DNA of 64,000 bases from Candidatus Brocadiia bacterium (GCA_050015075.1 JBEKCB010000008.1:1-64000), one strand, 5' to 3'; counted from the first letter of the stretch, positions 37,263 through 47,460 are shown. Translations and numbers: made by a program. Notes: generated from the letters alone by a model not told the origin.

Positions 37263-39563
37263 ATGAAGAGCTTTGGCCACTTCAGCGACGACGGCCTCGA
37301 ATATGTCGTGACCACGCCGCACACCCCGAACCGCGACTGGTTCAACTTCTTCTGGAACCCCACCTACCTCGCCGCCGCCGGGCAGAGCATGAACGGCCTT
37401 TCGCTCTACCAGAGCGAGAAGGGCGTCGTCACCAATCTCTTCGGCAAGCAGGACGTGCGCGAGGGCCCGCGCTGGCTCTATATCCGCGACAACGCCACCG
37501 GCGAGTTCTGGAGCTCCGGGTATTTCCCCTGCTGGACCGAGCACGACGAGTTCGAGTGCCGCCATGGATTGGGCTACTCGATCCTGCGCACGCTGAAGAA
37601 CGGCATCCGCGTCGAGTTCCGCCTGTTCGTGCCGCGGGATTATTCGGGCGAGATCTGGACGGTCCGCCTTAGCAATGAATCGCGCCGCGCCCGCGACCTC
37701 TCGCTGTTCTCCGTCGCCGACATCGTGCTCGACGGCGTGAACATGCCGTACGGATACCTCGGCGGATTGCGGGCGGCTTATTCGCCGAAGGAAGGATTTC
37801 TTTTCTATCAGAACACGACGTACACGGTCGTGGAGGAAAAATACCGGGCCTTCATGTACGCCGACGTCAAGCCGAACCGCTGGGATACGAGCCGCGACCA
37901 CTTCCTGGGGCGCTACCGCAGCATGGCGCGCCCGGAGCGCGTGGTGGAGGGACGCCTGGGCAACAGCGTGGCCAGCGTGGAATGCCTGGTCGGCGCAATG
38001 CAGCACAACTTCCGCCTGAAGCCCGGCGCCTCGCGCACGATCAACATCGTGCTCGGCCTGGCCATGGACATCGCCGAGGCGCGCCGGATGAAGAATGCCT
38101 TCGCGGACGGACGGAAGATCGAGAAAGAGTTCCTGGCCATGAAACGGGAAAAGGTCCAGCGCCTGGGCGGCCTGAAGCTGGAGACTCCCGACAAGGATTT
38201 CAACCGCCTCTTCAGCGTCTGGCTCAAGCACCAGCTTTACCTCATGTCCGACTGGGCGCGCTTCTACTTCAAGGGTTACCGCGACACCTGCCAGGACGCC
38301 GCCGGGATGAGCGTCATCAATCCTACGCGCTCATGGGAAATGCTGAAGAAGGCGCTCCGCCACCAGCGCAGCGACGGCTTCTGCCCGAGGGCGTTCCGCG
38401 TCCCGAGCATGGACATCGCCTCCGCCGACAAGCACTACGCGGACTCGCCGTCGTGGATCAGCCATGCCACCGACGCGTTGATACGCGAAACCGGCGACCT
38501 TTCCCTGCTGGACAAAACGGTCGAGTATTCCGACAAGGGCAAGGGCACGCTCTGGCAGCACAACCTCAAGGCGATGGAGTTCCTCTGGAACGACCGGGGC
38601 CGGCACGGCCTGAGCCTGCTGCACTGCGGCGACTGGAACGACTGCATTGACAAGGCCGGCGCGCGCGGGATCGGCGAGGGGATCTGGATGAGCATGGCCC
38701 TGGCGCGAGTGCTGAAACTGACCGGCCAGCTTGCGGCCTGGCGGGGCGACCGCGACATCGAGCAGACCTGCGCCCGCCGCTTCGACCAGTTGAAGAAGGC
38801 GATATGGAAGCACGGCTGGGACAAAGACCATTTCATCTACGCCATCAACGATGACGGACAGCTCATCGGGTCAAGCCGTTGCCGCGAGGGGCGATTCTTC
38901 ATCAACCCGCAGTCCTGGGCGATGCTCTCCGGCGTGGCGGACGCGGCGACGTACAGCCGGATTGCCAAGCGGCTTGAACCGATCGTGGACACGCCCGTCG
39001 GCCCCGTCCATCACTGGCCGCCTTATACGAAGTTCGATCCCGGAATCGGCCAGCTCAGCGGCACGCCGCCGGGCTACGGCACCAACGGCAACGTCTATTG
39101 CCACGCCGCCAGCTTCAAGGTCGCGGCAGATTTCGAGGCGGGCCGGGCCGACAAGGCCTTCGATTCGCTCAGCCGGATCATTCCCAACGCGTCGAGGTCG
39201 GAGCCTTATGCCCAGACGAGCGGCTACGTGGGGCCCAGCGCCCTGCGCATGAATCATCATTTCTCGGACGATCCCTGGCGCACCGGCACGGTGGGCTGGA
39301 ACTTCCTGAACGTGGTGGATCGGATGCTGGGGTTCCGCCGAACGCTCAAAGGATTCCATCTGCGCCCGCGGCTGCCCTCGATATGGAGCCAGGTCCGCTT
39401 CGTCCGCCCGTTCCGCGGCACGAATTTCGAAATCCACGTCCGGCGCGGCAAGCAGGCCCGGATCCGGGTTGAGGGAAAACCCATTGAGGGCGATTTCATT
39501 GCCGTCCCCAAGAAAGGCCTGGGGAAGGCGCCTGTGCACATTGTGTGCGAGGTCAAGTCCTAG
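37263..39563 (+). CDS. GH94 glycoside phosphorylase
   Basis: FGHFSDDG.EYV, YIRD..TGEFWS, CRHGLGYS, GYRD.CQD, GDWND, NG.VYCHA, WRTGT. Confidence 0.92.
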   Translation: MKSFGHFSDDGLEYVVTTPHTPNRDWFNFFWNPTYLAAAGQSMNGLSLYQSEKGVVTNLFGKQDVREGPRWLYIRDNATGEFWSSGYFPCWTEHDEFECRHGLGYSILRTLKNGIRVEFRLFVPRDYSGEIWTVRLSNESRRARDLSLFSVADIVLDGVNMPYGYLGGLRAAYSPKEGFLFYQNTTYTVVEEKYRAFMYADVKPNRWDTSRDHFLGRYRSMARPERVVEGRLGNSVASVECLVGAMQHNFRLKPGASRTINIVLGLAMDIAEARRMKNAFADGRKIEKEFLAMKREKVQRLGGLKLETPDKDFNRLFSVWLKHQLYLMSDWARFYFKGYRDTCQDAAGMSVINPTRSWEMLKKALRHQRSDGFCPRAFRVPSMDIASADKHYADSPSWISHATDALIRETGDLSLLDKTVEYSDKGKGTLWQHNLKAMEFLWNDRGRHGLSLLHCGDWNDCIDKAGARGIGEGIWMSMALARVLKLTGQLAAWRGDRDIEQTCARRFDQLKKAIWKHGWDKDHFIYAINDDGQLIGSSRCREGRFFINPQSWAMLSGVADAATYSRIAKRLEPIVDTPVGPVHHWPPYTKFDPGIGQLSGTPPGYGTNGNVYCHAASFKVAADFEAGRADKAFDSLSRIIPNASRSEPYAQTSGYVGPSALRMNHHFSDDPWRTGTVGWNFLNVVDRMLGFRRTLKGFHLRPRLPSIWSQVRFVRPFRGTNFEIHVRRGKQARIRVEGKPIEGDFIAVPKKGLGKAPVHIVCEVKS

Positions 39564-39580
39564 GCGGCTGAACGACTTCG

Positions 39581-39997
39581 TTATTTGCCTCTAAGCGCGT
39601 AGACCCCTCTGCGGACGCGCTTGAACCGTTTGTCTTTTGAGAGCGCCATGCTGACGATGTTCGCGAAATCTTTGGATTTGCTCTTGTAGCCGGCCGCGAG
39701 AGCCGCCTCAACGGCTTCGGCAACGGTGCACTTGCCCTTGGCCCTGAGAGCCTCTGCCAACGTGCTGCTCAGGCTGCCGGCTCTCGCCGGTTTCATGGCT
39801 CTTCGCCCTGCCTTCTTCCTGCCCGCCTTCCTGCGAGCCACGGCTTTCGGCTTCGCGCCGACCAGACCCTCTAACTCGGCGATCCGGCAGTTGAGCGCGT
39901 CCCGTTCAGCGACGAGTATCGCCAGCTTTCCTTGCCTGCGACGGATTTCCTTCTTGAGGTCTTCTACGGACACTCTCGCTAATTTCACTTTCGCCAT
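39581..39997 (-). CDS. Basic DNA-binding protein (coiled coil, Lys/Arg/Ala linker, winged helix)
   Basis: L..EI.RR..KL..L..ERD.L...IAELE; RRKAGRKK; ...GYKSKSKDF.NIV...L....RFKRVRRGVY. Confidence 0.7.
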   Translation of the reverse strand: MAKVKLARVSVEDLKKEIRRRQGKLAILVAERDALNCRIAELEGLVGAKPKAVARRKAGRKKAGRRAMKPARAGSLSSTLAEALRAKGKCTVAEAVEAALAAGYKSKSKDFANIVSMALSKDKRFKRVRRGVYALRGK

Positions 39998-40229
39998 GCG
40001 CCGCCCTTTCCATGAAAAGAAACTCAAAGGCTCGTGTTGCCCTTAGCTTTTACTGCCGACAACAGTGTAGCGTTTCATTTCTGTGAGTCAAGCCCGCATT
40101 TCCCATTTGGGATGCCAAGTTGTCAAGCGATCTCCCGGCAATCCCATACGCGCGGGAGCTTGAGTCAGGACACCATTCGATGTATGCTGCGCAGGTCAGC
40201 GGTGAGGCACTCAAGACGAGGGTGAAAAC

Positions 40230-40499
40230 ATGAACGTCGAGAAAGACACGCAACTCAGAAAGAGTTTCCGCCGCATATCCTTGGTAGTTTCTCCTGTCAC
40301 GGGAGTTATTGCCGCGATTGTCGCTGCGATATATCGGACTGACATGCGAAACCAAGTCGCGTTCGTGTTTTTAACTTTCTGTCTGGTCATGCTCATCGCC
40401 GTACTCGTCATACGGGCTATTGGATGGGTTGTGCGGCGTTCCGTCTGCGGAGACGCAGGCAGGAAAGAAGATGCCGTGAACGGAAAAGACAGGGAGTAA
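40230..40499 (+). CDS. Small two-TM hypothetical protein
   Basis: GAGG RBS, two hydrophobic helices. Confidence 0.55.
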   Translation: MNVEKDTQLRKSFRRISLVVSPVTGVIAAIVAAIYRTDMRNQVAFVFLTFCLVMLIAVLVIRAIGWVVRRSVCGDAGRKEDAVNGKDRE

Positions 40500-40503
40500 C
40501 CGC

Positions 40504-40839
40504 TTAGGGATCCTCGCGCGAGAGCTGCGGAACCCGCTGGACAATGCGGCTCTTGTCATCCATGACGAAGTTCTCTTCGAGGAACGTGGCATGTTCAACT
40601 GAGAAGGGGATCAAGACTTCGGAAGCGCATTTCGGACAACTCACCTTCCGGCCGCCTATGGAAGGCCGGGCCTTGAGACGCTGACCGCATCGGCAGAGCC
40701 ATCGGATGAGCGTCAGGTCCTCTTCAGGGGTCGGGATACACAGCATCGCGCGGCAGTCCGGACATTGGACATACTCTCCGGCGTATTTGTCGGGCAAAGC
40801 CATGCCCCGCCCGCAGACGCAGACGAGTCGGATGGACAT
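40504..40839 (-). CDS. Duplicated zinc-ribbon protein
   Basis: IR..C.CG......AG..V.CP.C...L.IP occurs twice. Confidence 0.7.
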   Translation of the reverse strand: MSIRLVCVCGRGMALPDKYAGEYVQCPDCRAMLCIPTPEEDLTLIRWLCRCGQRLKARPSIGGRKVSCPKCASEVLIPFSVEHATFLEENFVMDDKSRIVQRVPQLSREDP

Positions 40840-40950
40840 ACTGCGCGGCCTCCCCCAATGCAATCTCCGGGCCACACGCCACGGTCGCCATCAAACGCAG
40901 TCATTGTAACGATCGGGCCGATCCCAGTCAAATAGTTGTCCGGCAGACGG

Positions 40951-40996
40951 TCGAGAAATTGCTTGACAGCGGCAATTCGACCGTATAGTCTCATGC
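40951..40996 (+). promoter_or_regulatory. 46-bp promoter module, copy B
   Basis: TCGAGAAATTGCTTGACAGCGGCAATTCGACCGTATAGTCTCATGC; 39/46 identical to 18467-18512 (minus strand). Confidence 0.7.
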
Positions 40997-41078
40997 GCTT
41001 TGAATGATGATTGTCCTCCAGGGGACGGTCCAATGGGAAATTCCGGCTGAAGGCCGGAGAACCACGGAGCCAGCGACC

Positions 41079-42536
41079 TTGAGCAGCCCCGAGATTCCGT
41101 CCATCGCGGACACCAACGCGCGTTACCGCGTGGGCACGCTGCAGTATACGAAGGCGGGCCTGGCGTGGGTGTTTTTAATGCTGCTCTGGGGCGACTTCGT
41201 TTTCCAGTTGATGGAGTCGGTGGCCCCGAGCATCGTGCCGCTGCGGCTCAAGCAACTCGGAATCTCCGATTTTCTCCTGCCAATCGTCACGGCGACGATA
41301 CCCAACATCATCAATACGATGCTCAACCCGGTCATCTCCACCGCCAGCGACCGCTATCGCGGGCGGTTCGGGCGGCGGATTCCATTCATGCTGTTCTCCG
41401 CGCCGTTCATCTGCGGCGCGCTGGTGCTGTTGGCATTTTCAACGGAAATCGGTGTGTGGCTTCACGGCCGGATCGGTCCGATGACCGGGTGGAGCGCCGG
41501 CGCGGTGGCGATACTGGCGATGTCGGTGTTGTGGATTATGTTCACGGTCCTCAATATGTTCGCCACCACCGTGTATTACTACTTCTTCAACGACGTCGTG
41601 CCCGGCATGTTCATGTCGCGGTTTTTCGGGCTCTTCCGGCTCGTCAGCAGCCTGGCGGCCGTATTGTGGAACTACCTCATCTACCAGCACGCGCTGACTC
41701 ACATGAAGTTGATCTTCCTCGGCGCGGCGCTGGTCTATTTCATCGGTTTCCTTACGATGTGCCTGGGGATCAAGGAGGGGAAATATCCGCCCGCTCCGGC
41801 GATGGGCGAGGGTTTCTGGACGAAGCTGAGGATCTACGCGAAAGAGTGCCTCAGCCACCGGCTGTACATTTACATGTTCGTGCATAACATTTTCTGGTCC
41901 GTATCTTCGGCGTGCGGGACCTATACGGTGTTCCTGAGCCTCTCGCTGGGGCTGACCCTGAAGCAGATCGGCTCCATCGCCGCCGCAGTGAACCTAGTGC
42001 AGATGTTCCTGAGTTACCCGGCGGGGATGCTGGCGGACCGCTTTCACCCGATGCGGGTGATGGTCTGGATCAAGATCGGGCTGGTGGCGATCGTGCCGTT
42101 GAATTTCGTCTGGCTGTTCGGGAATTTTCAGCCGCAGACCGCGTTCCACATCCTGATCGCCTTGGCCGCAGTGGAACTGCCTCTCGGACTGCTGTACGAT
42201 ACCACGCGGCAGCCGATGCAGATGCTGGTCTGGCCCAAGAGCCGGTACGGACAGTTCTGTTCGTTCAACGCCATCGTGCAGGCGGCGTGCGGCATCGTGG
42301 CTACAGTGGCGGCGGGGTTATACATGACGGCGATGCGGCGGGCGTTCCCCGACGCCAAGTGGGGCACGGACTACTGCTATCGCATGATCCCGGCCTGGAG
42401 ACTGCCCTTTCTCTGCGCCGCGCTGGTCTTCCTGCTGCTGATGTACCGCGAGTGGAAACGATTGGGCGGCCTGAAGAACTACAAGGTGCCTGGGTTCGCG
42501 GACGAGGCGGCGATGGAGGACGCGCCCGCGAAGTAG
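41079..42536 (+). CDS. MFS transporter (sugar / GPH-like)
   Basis: SDRYRGRFGRRIPF, GMLADRFHP, about 12 TM helices; probable TTG start. Confidence 0.88.
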   Translation: MSSPEIPSIADTNARYRVGTLQYTKAGLAWVFLMLLWGDFVFQLMESVAPSIVPLRLKQLGISDFLLPIVTATIPNIINTMLNPVISTASDRYRGRFGRRIPFMLFSAPFICGALVLLAFSTEIGVWLHGRIGPMTGWSAGAVAILAMSVLWIMFTVLNMFATTVYYYFFNDVVPGMFMSRFFGLFRLVSSLAAVLWNYLIYQHALTHMKLIFLGAALVYFIGFLTMCLGIKEGKYPPAPAMGEGFWTKLRIYAKECLSHRLYIYMFVHNIFWSVSSACGTYTVFLSLSLGLTLKQIGSIAAAVNLVQMFLSYPAGMLADRFHPMRVMVWIKIGLVAIVPLNFVWLFGNFQPQTAFHILIALAAVELPLGLLYDTTRQPMQMLVWPKSRYGQFCSFNAIVQAACGIVATVAAGLYMTAMRRAFPDAKWGTDYCYRMIPAWRLPFLCAALVFLLLMYREWKRLGGLKNYKVPGFADEAAMEDAPAK

Positions 42537-42589
42537 GAGCAGCGATTGCGCCAGGGATGGGTGAAATGGTTCAAGAAAAGGAGGAAGCC

Positions 42590-43837
42590 ATGAATCGAAA
42601 GACTCTTGCGAAGCTGGCCATTGAAGGCGGGTCGCCTGTGCGGGTTGCGCCTTTTTCCACCGGCCCAAAGCACACCCTGGCGGAATGGCGGGCCATCAAG
42701 CCGATCTTCGAGCGCGGCGCCATCCAAATGACCCGCGGGCCCGAGGTCATGGCCTTGCGCGAGAAATTCAAGAAGCTCTTCGGAATGAAATACGCGGTCA
42801 CCGCCTCCAGCGGGACGGCCGCTCTTCACACGGCGATCGGGGCCCTGGGCATCGGCCGAGGCGATGAGGTCATCACCAGCCCGATCACCGACATGGGCAC
42901 CCTGATTCCCATCCTGGCGCAGAATGCCGTCCCGATCTTCGCCGACGTGGACCCGCTGACCGTCGAGGTCACGCCGGAGACCGTGGCGCGCAAGATCACG
43001 CCGCGCACCAAGGCCATCATGCTGGTGCACTTGGCGGGCCTTCCGGCCGACGCCAGGGGCATTGTCCGCCTGGCGCACCGCCGCGGGATCGCCGTGGTGG
43101 AGGACATGGCGCAGAGCTACCTTTGCAAGCAGGGGCGCCGTTACGCCGGCACCTTCGGCGACATCGGCTGCTGGAGCCTGAACGAGAGCAAGCACATCGG
43201 CGCCGGCGACGGCGGCATCATGCTCACGAACCGTGTGGGCCTGGCGCGCCGCGCGGACCTTTTCGCCGACAAATGCTACGACCGCGAAGGTCGCGGCGTT
43301 CAGCCTTTCTTCGCGCCGTACAACTACCGGCTCAACACCCTGGTGGCGGCGGTCTGCCTGGAGCAGCTCAAGAGAGTCCGGAGCGTGTGCTCAACCCGGA
43401 ACCGGCTGGGGCGCTACCTGGATCGCTCGCTGGCGCGGATTGACGGCATCACCCCGCGCCCCGTGCGCAAGGGCGACTACGCCACGTACTGGTACTACCT
43501 CTTCCACATCGCGCCGGAGAAACTTCACTGCACCAACACGGAATTCGCCGCCGCCATGCGCGCTGAAGGGATTGGAGTCGGGGCCTTCCAGTCGAACGTC
43601 ATGGACTGGCCGATCTTCAGGGACCACCTTCTCAGCCCGCACGCCTGTGCGGACGCCTGCCCGCTTTACAAGGGCGGACGGCCCGATTACAACGTCGCCC
43701 ACTATCCCGGCGCGATGGAGGTCAAGCGGCGGACGATCCAGCTATGGATGAACGACTTCTTCACCATGCGCGACATGCGCGACCTGGTCCGCGCCGCGGC
43801 TAAAGTCGCCGCGCATTATCGGCGTCGGGCGAAGTGA
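42590..43837 (+). CDS. DegT/DnrJ/EryC1/StrS aminotransferase
   Basis: SSGTAALH, GDEVI, VP.FADVD, VHLAG, VEDMAQS, SLNESKH...GDGG. Confidence 0.92.
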   Translation: MNRKTLAKLAIEGGSPVRVAPFSTGPKHTLAEWRAIKPIFERGAIQMTRGPEVMALREKFKKLFGMKYAVTASSGTAALHTAIGALGIGRGDEVITSPITDMGTLIPILAQNAVPIFADVDPLTVEVTPETVARKITPRTKAIMLVHLAGLPADARGIVRLAHRRGIAVVEDMAQSYLCKQGRRYAGTFGDIGCWSLNESKHIGAGDGGIMLTNRVGLARRADLFADKCYDREGRGVQPFFAPYNYRLNTLVAAVCLEQLKRVRSVCSTRNRLGRYLDRSLARIDGITPRPVRKGDYATYWYYLFHIAPEKLHCTNTEFAAAMRAEGIGVGAFQSNVMDWPIFRDHLLSPHACADACPLYKGGRPDYNVAHYPGAMEVKRRTIQLWMNDFFTMRDMRDLVRAAAKVAAHYRRRAK

Positions 43838-44315
43838 GAGAGGATGAGGATGCGCTCCTTGACGTGTTGCGCGGCGGGGCGCTCCACAACACCGAATCGA
43901 GCGACCACTTCCCGGCACCGACCGCGGCCAGGAAGACCAGGCTCATGAGCATGGAATAATCCGTCCGGGCCGGGTCCTCCATCGCGAAGAACCCGCTCTT
44001 GATGAGGATGGGAATCTTCGTGGTGGCGATGGCCACGGAGATGTTGATGAGCAGCACGATGGCGCCCAACCGGGTCAGCAGGCCCAGCAGAAGCAGCGCG
44101 CCGCAGACGATCTCAACCGTCCCCACGAACGGCCCGGTGAACCCCGGCATCGGGATGCCGATCCGGGCGAATCGCCCCGCGCCCCATTGCTCGACAAAGA
44201 GAAACTTCTTCACTCCTTCGACCAGGAACACGCCGCCGGCCAGAAACCGAATCACGATGACGGCCGCCGGCGCGTCCGTCCGCATCATTTTGCGAAATGG
44301 GGAATCGCCTGCCAT
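43800..44315 (-). CDS. DoxX family membrane protein
   Basis: IR...G.VF..EG..K, EIVCG.LLLLGLLTR, GAGKWSLD. Confidence 0.88.
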   Translation of the reverse strand: MAGDSPFRKMMRTDAPAAVIVIRFLAGGVFLVEGVKKFLFVEQWGAGRFARIGIPMPGFTGPFVGTVEIVCGALLLLGLLTRLGAIVLLINISVAIATTKIPILIKSGFFAMEDPARTDYSMLMSLVFLAAVGAGKWSLDSVLWSAPPRNTSRSASSSSLTSPDADNARRL

Positions 44316-44316
44316 G

Positions 44317-44580
44317 TCAGGCCTTCAGGACGGAGTTCCTGCTGCCGTGCGGATTGGGGACTGACTCTGCGGCCTTCGGGTCGCTGATCCACACCCCGTC
44401 CGCGACGAAACGATACTCATGACGGCCCGGCGGCACGGAGACCCGGCCCCGCCAGATTCCGTCTCTGCCTTTGCGCATCGGGTTCCGGCGGGCATCCCAG
44501 TTATTGAACGTTCCCGCCACGCTGACTGCGGCGGCGGTCGGCATCTCCAGGATAAACTCCACAGTTTTCGTTCGTGCCAT
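44317..44580 (-). CDS. Stand-alone glycogen-binding (CBM48 / AMPK-beta-like) domain protein
   Basis: VSVAGTFNNWD..PM, PPGRHEYRFV.DG.W..DP, NP.G..NSVL. Confidence 0.88.
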   Translation of the reverse strand: MARTKTVEFILEMPTAAAVSVAGTFNNWDARRNPMRKGRDGIWRGRVSVPPGRHEYRFVADGVWISDPKAAESVPNPHGSRNSVLKA

Positions 44581-44628
44581 GATCCGTTCTCCTTTCTCGC
44601 GCCGGATCGTCATTCGGCCGGCGCACGG

Positions 44629-46140
44629 TCATTTCGTCTTCAGCACCACAAACAGGCTCGAGCTTTTCCGCTTGATGAGCAGCAGGACCGTGTCTTTGTC
44701 TTTCGCTTTGCTGAGCGCTTCCTGCAGGTCGTCGGCGCTGGTCACCTTCTGGCGGTCGGCCTCGACGATGATGTCGCCCGGTTGCAGGCCCGCAAGCGAC
44801 GCGGCGCCGCCTTCCTCCACGTCGGTGATGATCGCGCCTTCAGCGCCCCGGATGCCGAACTGTTTCGCCAGATCGGGAGTGAGCGTCTGGACGGACATCC
44901 CCAGCTTATCCATAACGCCGCCTTCCTCGGGCGGCGTTGCCGCGCTCAGCATCTGCGGGGTCAGTATCCCGACACGCAGCGTCAGCGTCTCTTCCTTGCC
45001 GCCTCGGACAATGTCGAGCTTCACCTCGGTGTCCGGCGCGGTGGCGGCGACCATGTTGCGCAGGTGCGCGGAATTCTCCACCTCCTTGCCGTCGTATCGC
45101 ACAATCACGTCGCCGGGCTTGACGCCGGCCTTGGCGGCGGGGGAATCCGCGTTGACTTGCGCGACGAGCGCGCCCTTGGCTTCGCTGAGGCCGAACTGTT
45201 TGGCCAGCTCGGGCGTGACCTCCTGGATCATGACGCCGAGCATGCCGTGCGTCACCTTCCCGCCTTTCACGAGCGTCGGCAGGATGCCCTTGACCAGGTT
45301 GATCGGGATGGCGAAGCCGACGCCGGCGAACTGCCCGATGCTGGTGGCGATGGCGCTGTTCATGCCGATGACCTGGCCTCGCATGTTCACCAAGGGCCCG
45401 CCCGAGTTGCCGGGATTGATCGCCGCGTCGGTCTGCAGGAAGTCCTCATAGGTGTTGATCCCGACGCCCGAGCGCCCCTTGGCGCTGATGATGCCCATGG
45501 TCACCGTCTGCTGGTAGCCGAACGGCGCGCCGATCGCCATGACCAGGTCGCCCACCTCCACGGCGTCCGAATCGCCGAACTCCACCGCCGGCAGATCGTC
45601 CGGCACGCTCCCCTTCATGCGGATGACGGCCACGTCGGTCTGCGGGTCGCTGCTGACGACTTCCGCCTCGAAGGTGCGCTTGTCCGCCAGTTGGATCTTG
45701 ATCTCGTCAACGTCGCTCACCACGTGGTAGTTCGTGAGGACGTGCCCCTGCTTGTCAATGATCATGCCCGAGCCCATCCCGCTTTGCGGCACGCTATACT
45801 CGCGCGGCATCGGCTGCGACCGCGGCTGATTCTGCGGAAACTGCCGGCCGAAGAACTGCCGGAAGAAATCGTTGCCGAAGGGAGACCCGAAGTCGGGTGC
45901 CTGGAACTTCACCGTTTTCTCGGAGAACACGCTGACCACCGTCGGCCGGACGTGCGCCGCGACCATGGCGAACGCCTTGCTCAACTGCTCCGCCGGCGCC
46001 ACCGCGGCCGGATCTATCGGCCCGGCCTTCAGGTCGCTTCCGCCCGGGCGCGCCGCAACGAGCGCGATCAAGCCGAACGCCACGAACAACGCCACACCCA
46101 GCGCCACGCCGGCAGAGGCCGCCTTGCTCCAAACTCTCAT
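44629..46140 (-). CDS. DegP/DegQ (HtrA) serine endoprotease with two PDZ domains
   Basis: GSGMII, LTNYHVV, TDVAV, QTDAAINPGNSGGPL, two PDZ modules. Confidence 0.95.
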   Translation of the reverse strand: MRVWSKAASAGVALGVALFVAFGLIALVAARPGGSDLKAGPIDPAAVAPAEQLSKAFAMVAAHVRPTVVSVFSEKTVKFQAPDFGSPFGNDFFRQFFGRQFPQNQPRSQPMPREYSVPQSGMGSGMIIDKQGHVLTNYHVVSDVDEIKIQLADKRTFEAEVVSSDPQTDVAVIRMKGSVPDDLPAVEFGDSDAVEVGDLVMAIGAPFGYQQTVTMGIISAKGRSGVGINTYEDFLQTDAAINPGNSGGPLVNMRGQVIGMNSAIATSIGQFAGVGFAIPINLVKGILPTLVKGGKVTHGMLGVMIQEVTPELAKQFGLSEAKGALVAQVNADSPAAKAGVKPGDVIVRYDGKEVENSAHLRNMVAATAPDTEVKLDIVRGGKEETLTLRVGILTPQMLSAATPPEEGGVMDKLGMSVQTLTPDLAKQFGIRGAEGAIITDVEEGGAASLAGLQPGDIIVEADRQKVTSADDLQEALSKAKDKDTVLLLIKRKSSSLFVVLKTK

Positions 46141-46327
46141 GGAGGGTCTCCTTCCCTGGATTGTCTTCAGCCTTTCGCGTCTTGCCCGCCCACTCTGATC
46201 TTTATCTTATTGCGAAATCGAGAGCGATGTCAAGACCGGCGGGCCGCTGAAGAATCACTTGACGGGTGCGGCCTCAGTCGTCAGAATACGACATCCGACG
46301 CCTGCTCCGGGTGCAGTGGAGATTTCG

Positions 46328-47353
46328 ATGGTTGACCTTCGCAGCGATACGGTAACGCGGCCGACGAGAGGCATGCTCCGCGCCATGATGCGCGCCAAGG
46401 TCGGCGACGATGTCCTCGGCGACGACCCGACCGTGATCCGCCTCGAGGAAATGGCGGCGGAGTTCCTCGGCCAGGAGCGCGCGCTCTTCATGCCGAGCGG
46501 CTCGATGGCCAACACGGTCGCGATCAAGAGCTGGACCCAGCCGGGCGACGAGGTGGTCCTGGACCGGGGCGCGCATTCGGTGAACTACGAGGTCGGCGCG
46601 GGCGCGGCGCTCTGCGGAGTGATGTTCAGCACCCTCGACATGCCCGACGGAATCCTGACCGCCGCCGCGGTAGAGTCGGCCATCCGCCCGCTCAACATCC
46701 ATCAGCCGCTGACGCGGCTGGTGACCGTCGAGAACACGCACAACCGCGCCGGCGGAACCTGCTACCCGCTGCAGCGGGTGAGCGAACTTCGCCGTCTGAC
46801 GAAGGCGCACGGCCTCCGGCTTCATATGGACGGCGCGCGCCTGGTGAATGCCGCCGCCGTGACGGGCCACGCGCCGCGCGAGTACGGCCGGCTGTGCGAC
46901 TCCGTCTCGCAATGCCTCTCGAAGGGCCTCGGCTGCCCGGTCGGGACGATGCTCGCCGGGCCGGCGGATTTCATCGAGCGCGCGCGGCGGTGCCGCAAGA
47001 TGCTCGGCGGCGGCATGCGGCAGGTCGGCTATCTCGCGGCGGCCGGCATCTATGCGCTGGAACATCACGTCGAGCGCGTGGTCGAGGACCACGCGAACGC
47101 GCGCCGGCTCGCCGAGGGGCTGGCGGAGATCCCGGAGATCGAGATTGATCCGGGCAGGTTCCCGACGAACCTCGTCTATTTCCGGTTCCGGGCCGGCCCG
47201 CAGAAAGCGCAGGAGACCGTGGCCGCGCTGAAGGCGAAGGGAATCCTGATCATGCTGACCGCCCCCGACCGCGCCCGCGCGGTGACGCATCTCGATATCT
47301 CGGCTCGCGACATCGCGCTGACGCTCCGTACGCTGAAGCGGCTTCTCCGCTGA
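46328..47353 (+). CDS. ltaE: Low-specificity L-threonine aldolase
   Basis: DLRSDTVT, VGDDV.G.DPT, PSGSMAN, ENTHN, HMDGAR, CLSKGLG.PVG, GGGMRQ.G. Confidence 0.93.
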   Translation: MVDLRSDTVTRPTRGMLRAMMRAKVGDDVLGDDPTVIRLEEMAAEFLGQERALFMPSGSMANTVAIKSWTQPGDEVVLDRGAHSVNYEVGAGAALCGVMFSTLDMPDGILTAAAVESAIRPLNIHQPLTRLVTVENTHNRAGGTCYPLQRVSELRRLTKAHGLRLHMDGARLVNAAAVTGHAPREYGRLCDSVSQCLSKGLGCPVGTMLAGPADFIERARRCRKMLGGGMRQVGYLAAAGIYALEHHVERVVEDHANARRLAEGLAEIPEIEIDPGRFPTNLVYFRFRAGPQKAQETVAALKAKGILIMLTAPDRARAVTHLDISARDIALTLRTLKRLLR

Positions 47354-47431
47354 TCGCGCGACGCCTCGCCCGCCGCCGACCGCCTTGCCAATCGCCCCGG
47401 GCCAACGGGTCCAAAAAACCGAAAAATTCTC

Positions 47432-47460
47432 TTGGCAGCCATATAATTGACGGATATACT
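47432..47460 (+). promoter_or_regulatory. Sigma70-type promoter of the MarR gene with an AT-rich spacer (possible operator)
   Basis: TTGGCA-N17-TATACT. Confidence 0.5.

Noticed and set aside
43800-43837. 38-nt convergent overlap of the DoxX and DegT 3' ends
   Set aside because: Most simply explained by stop-codon drift giving a non-conserved tail; common in high-GC genomes.
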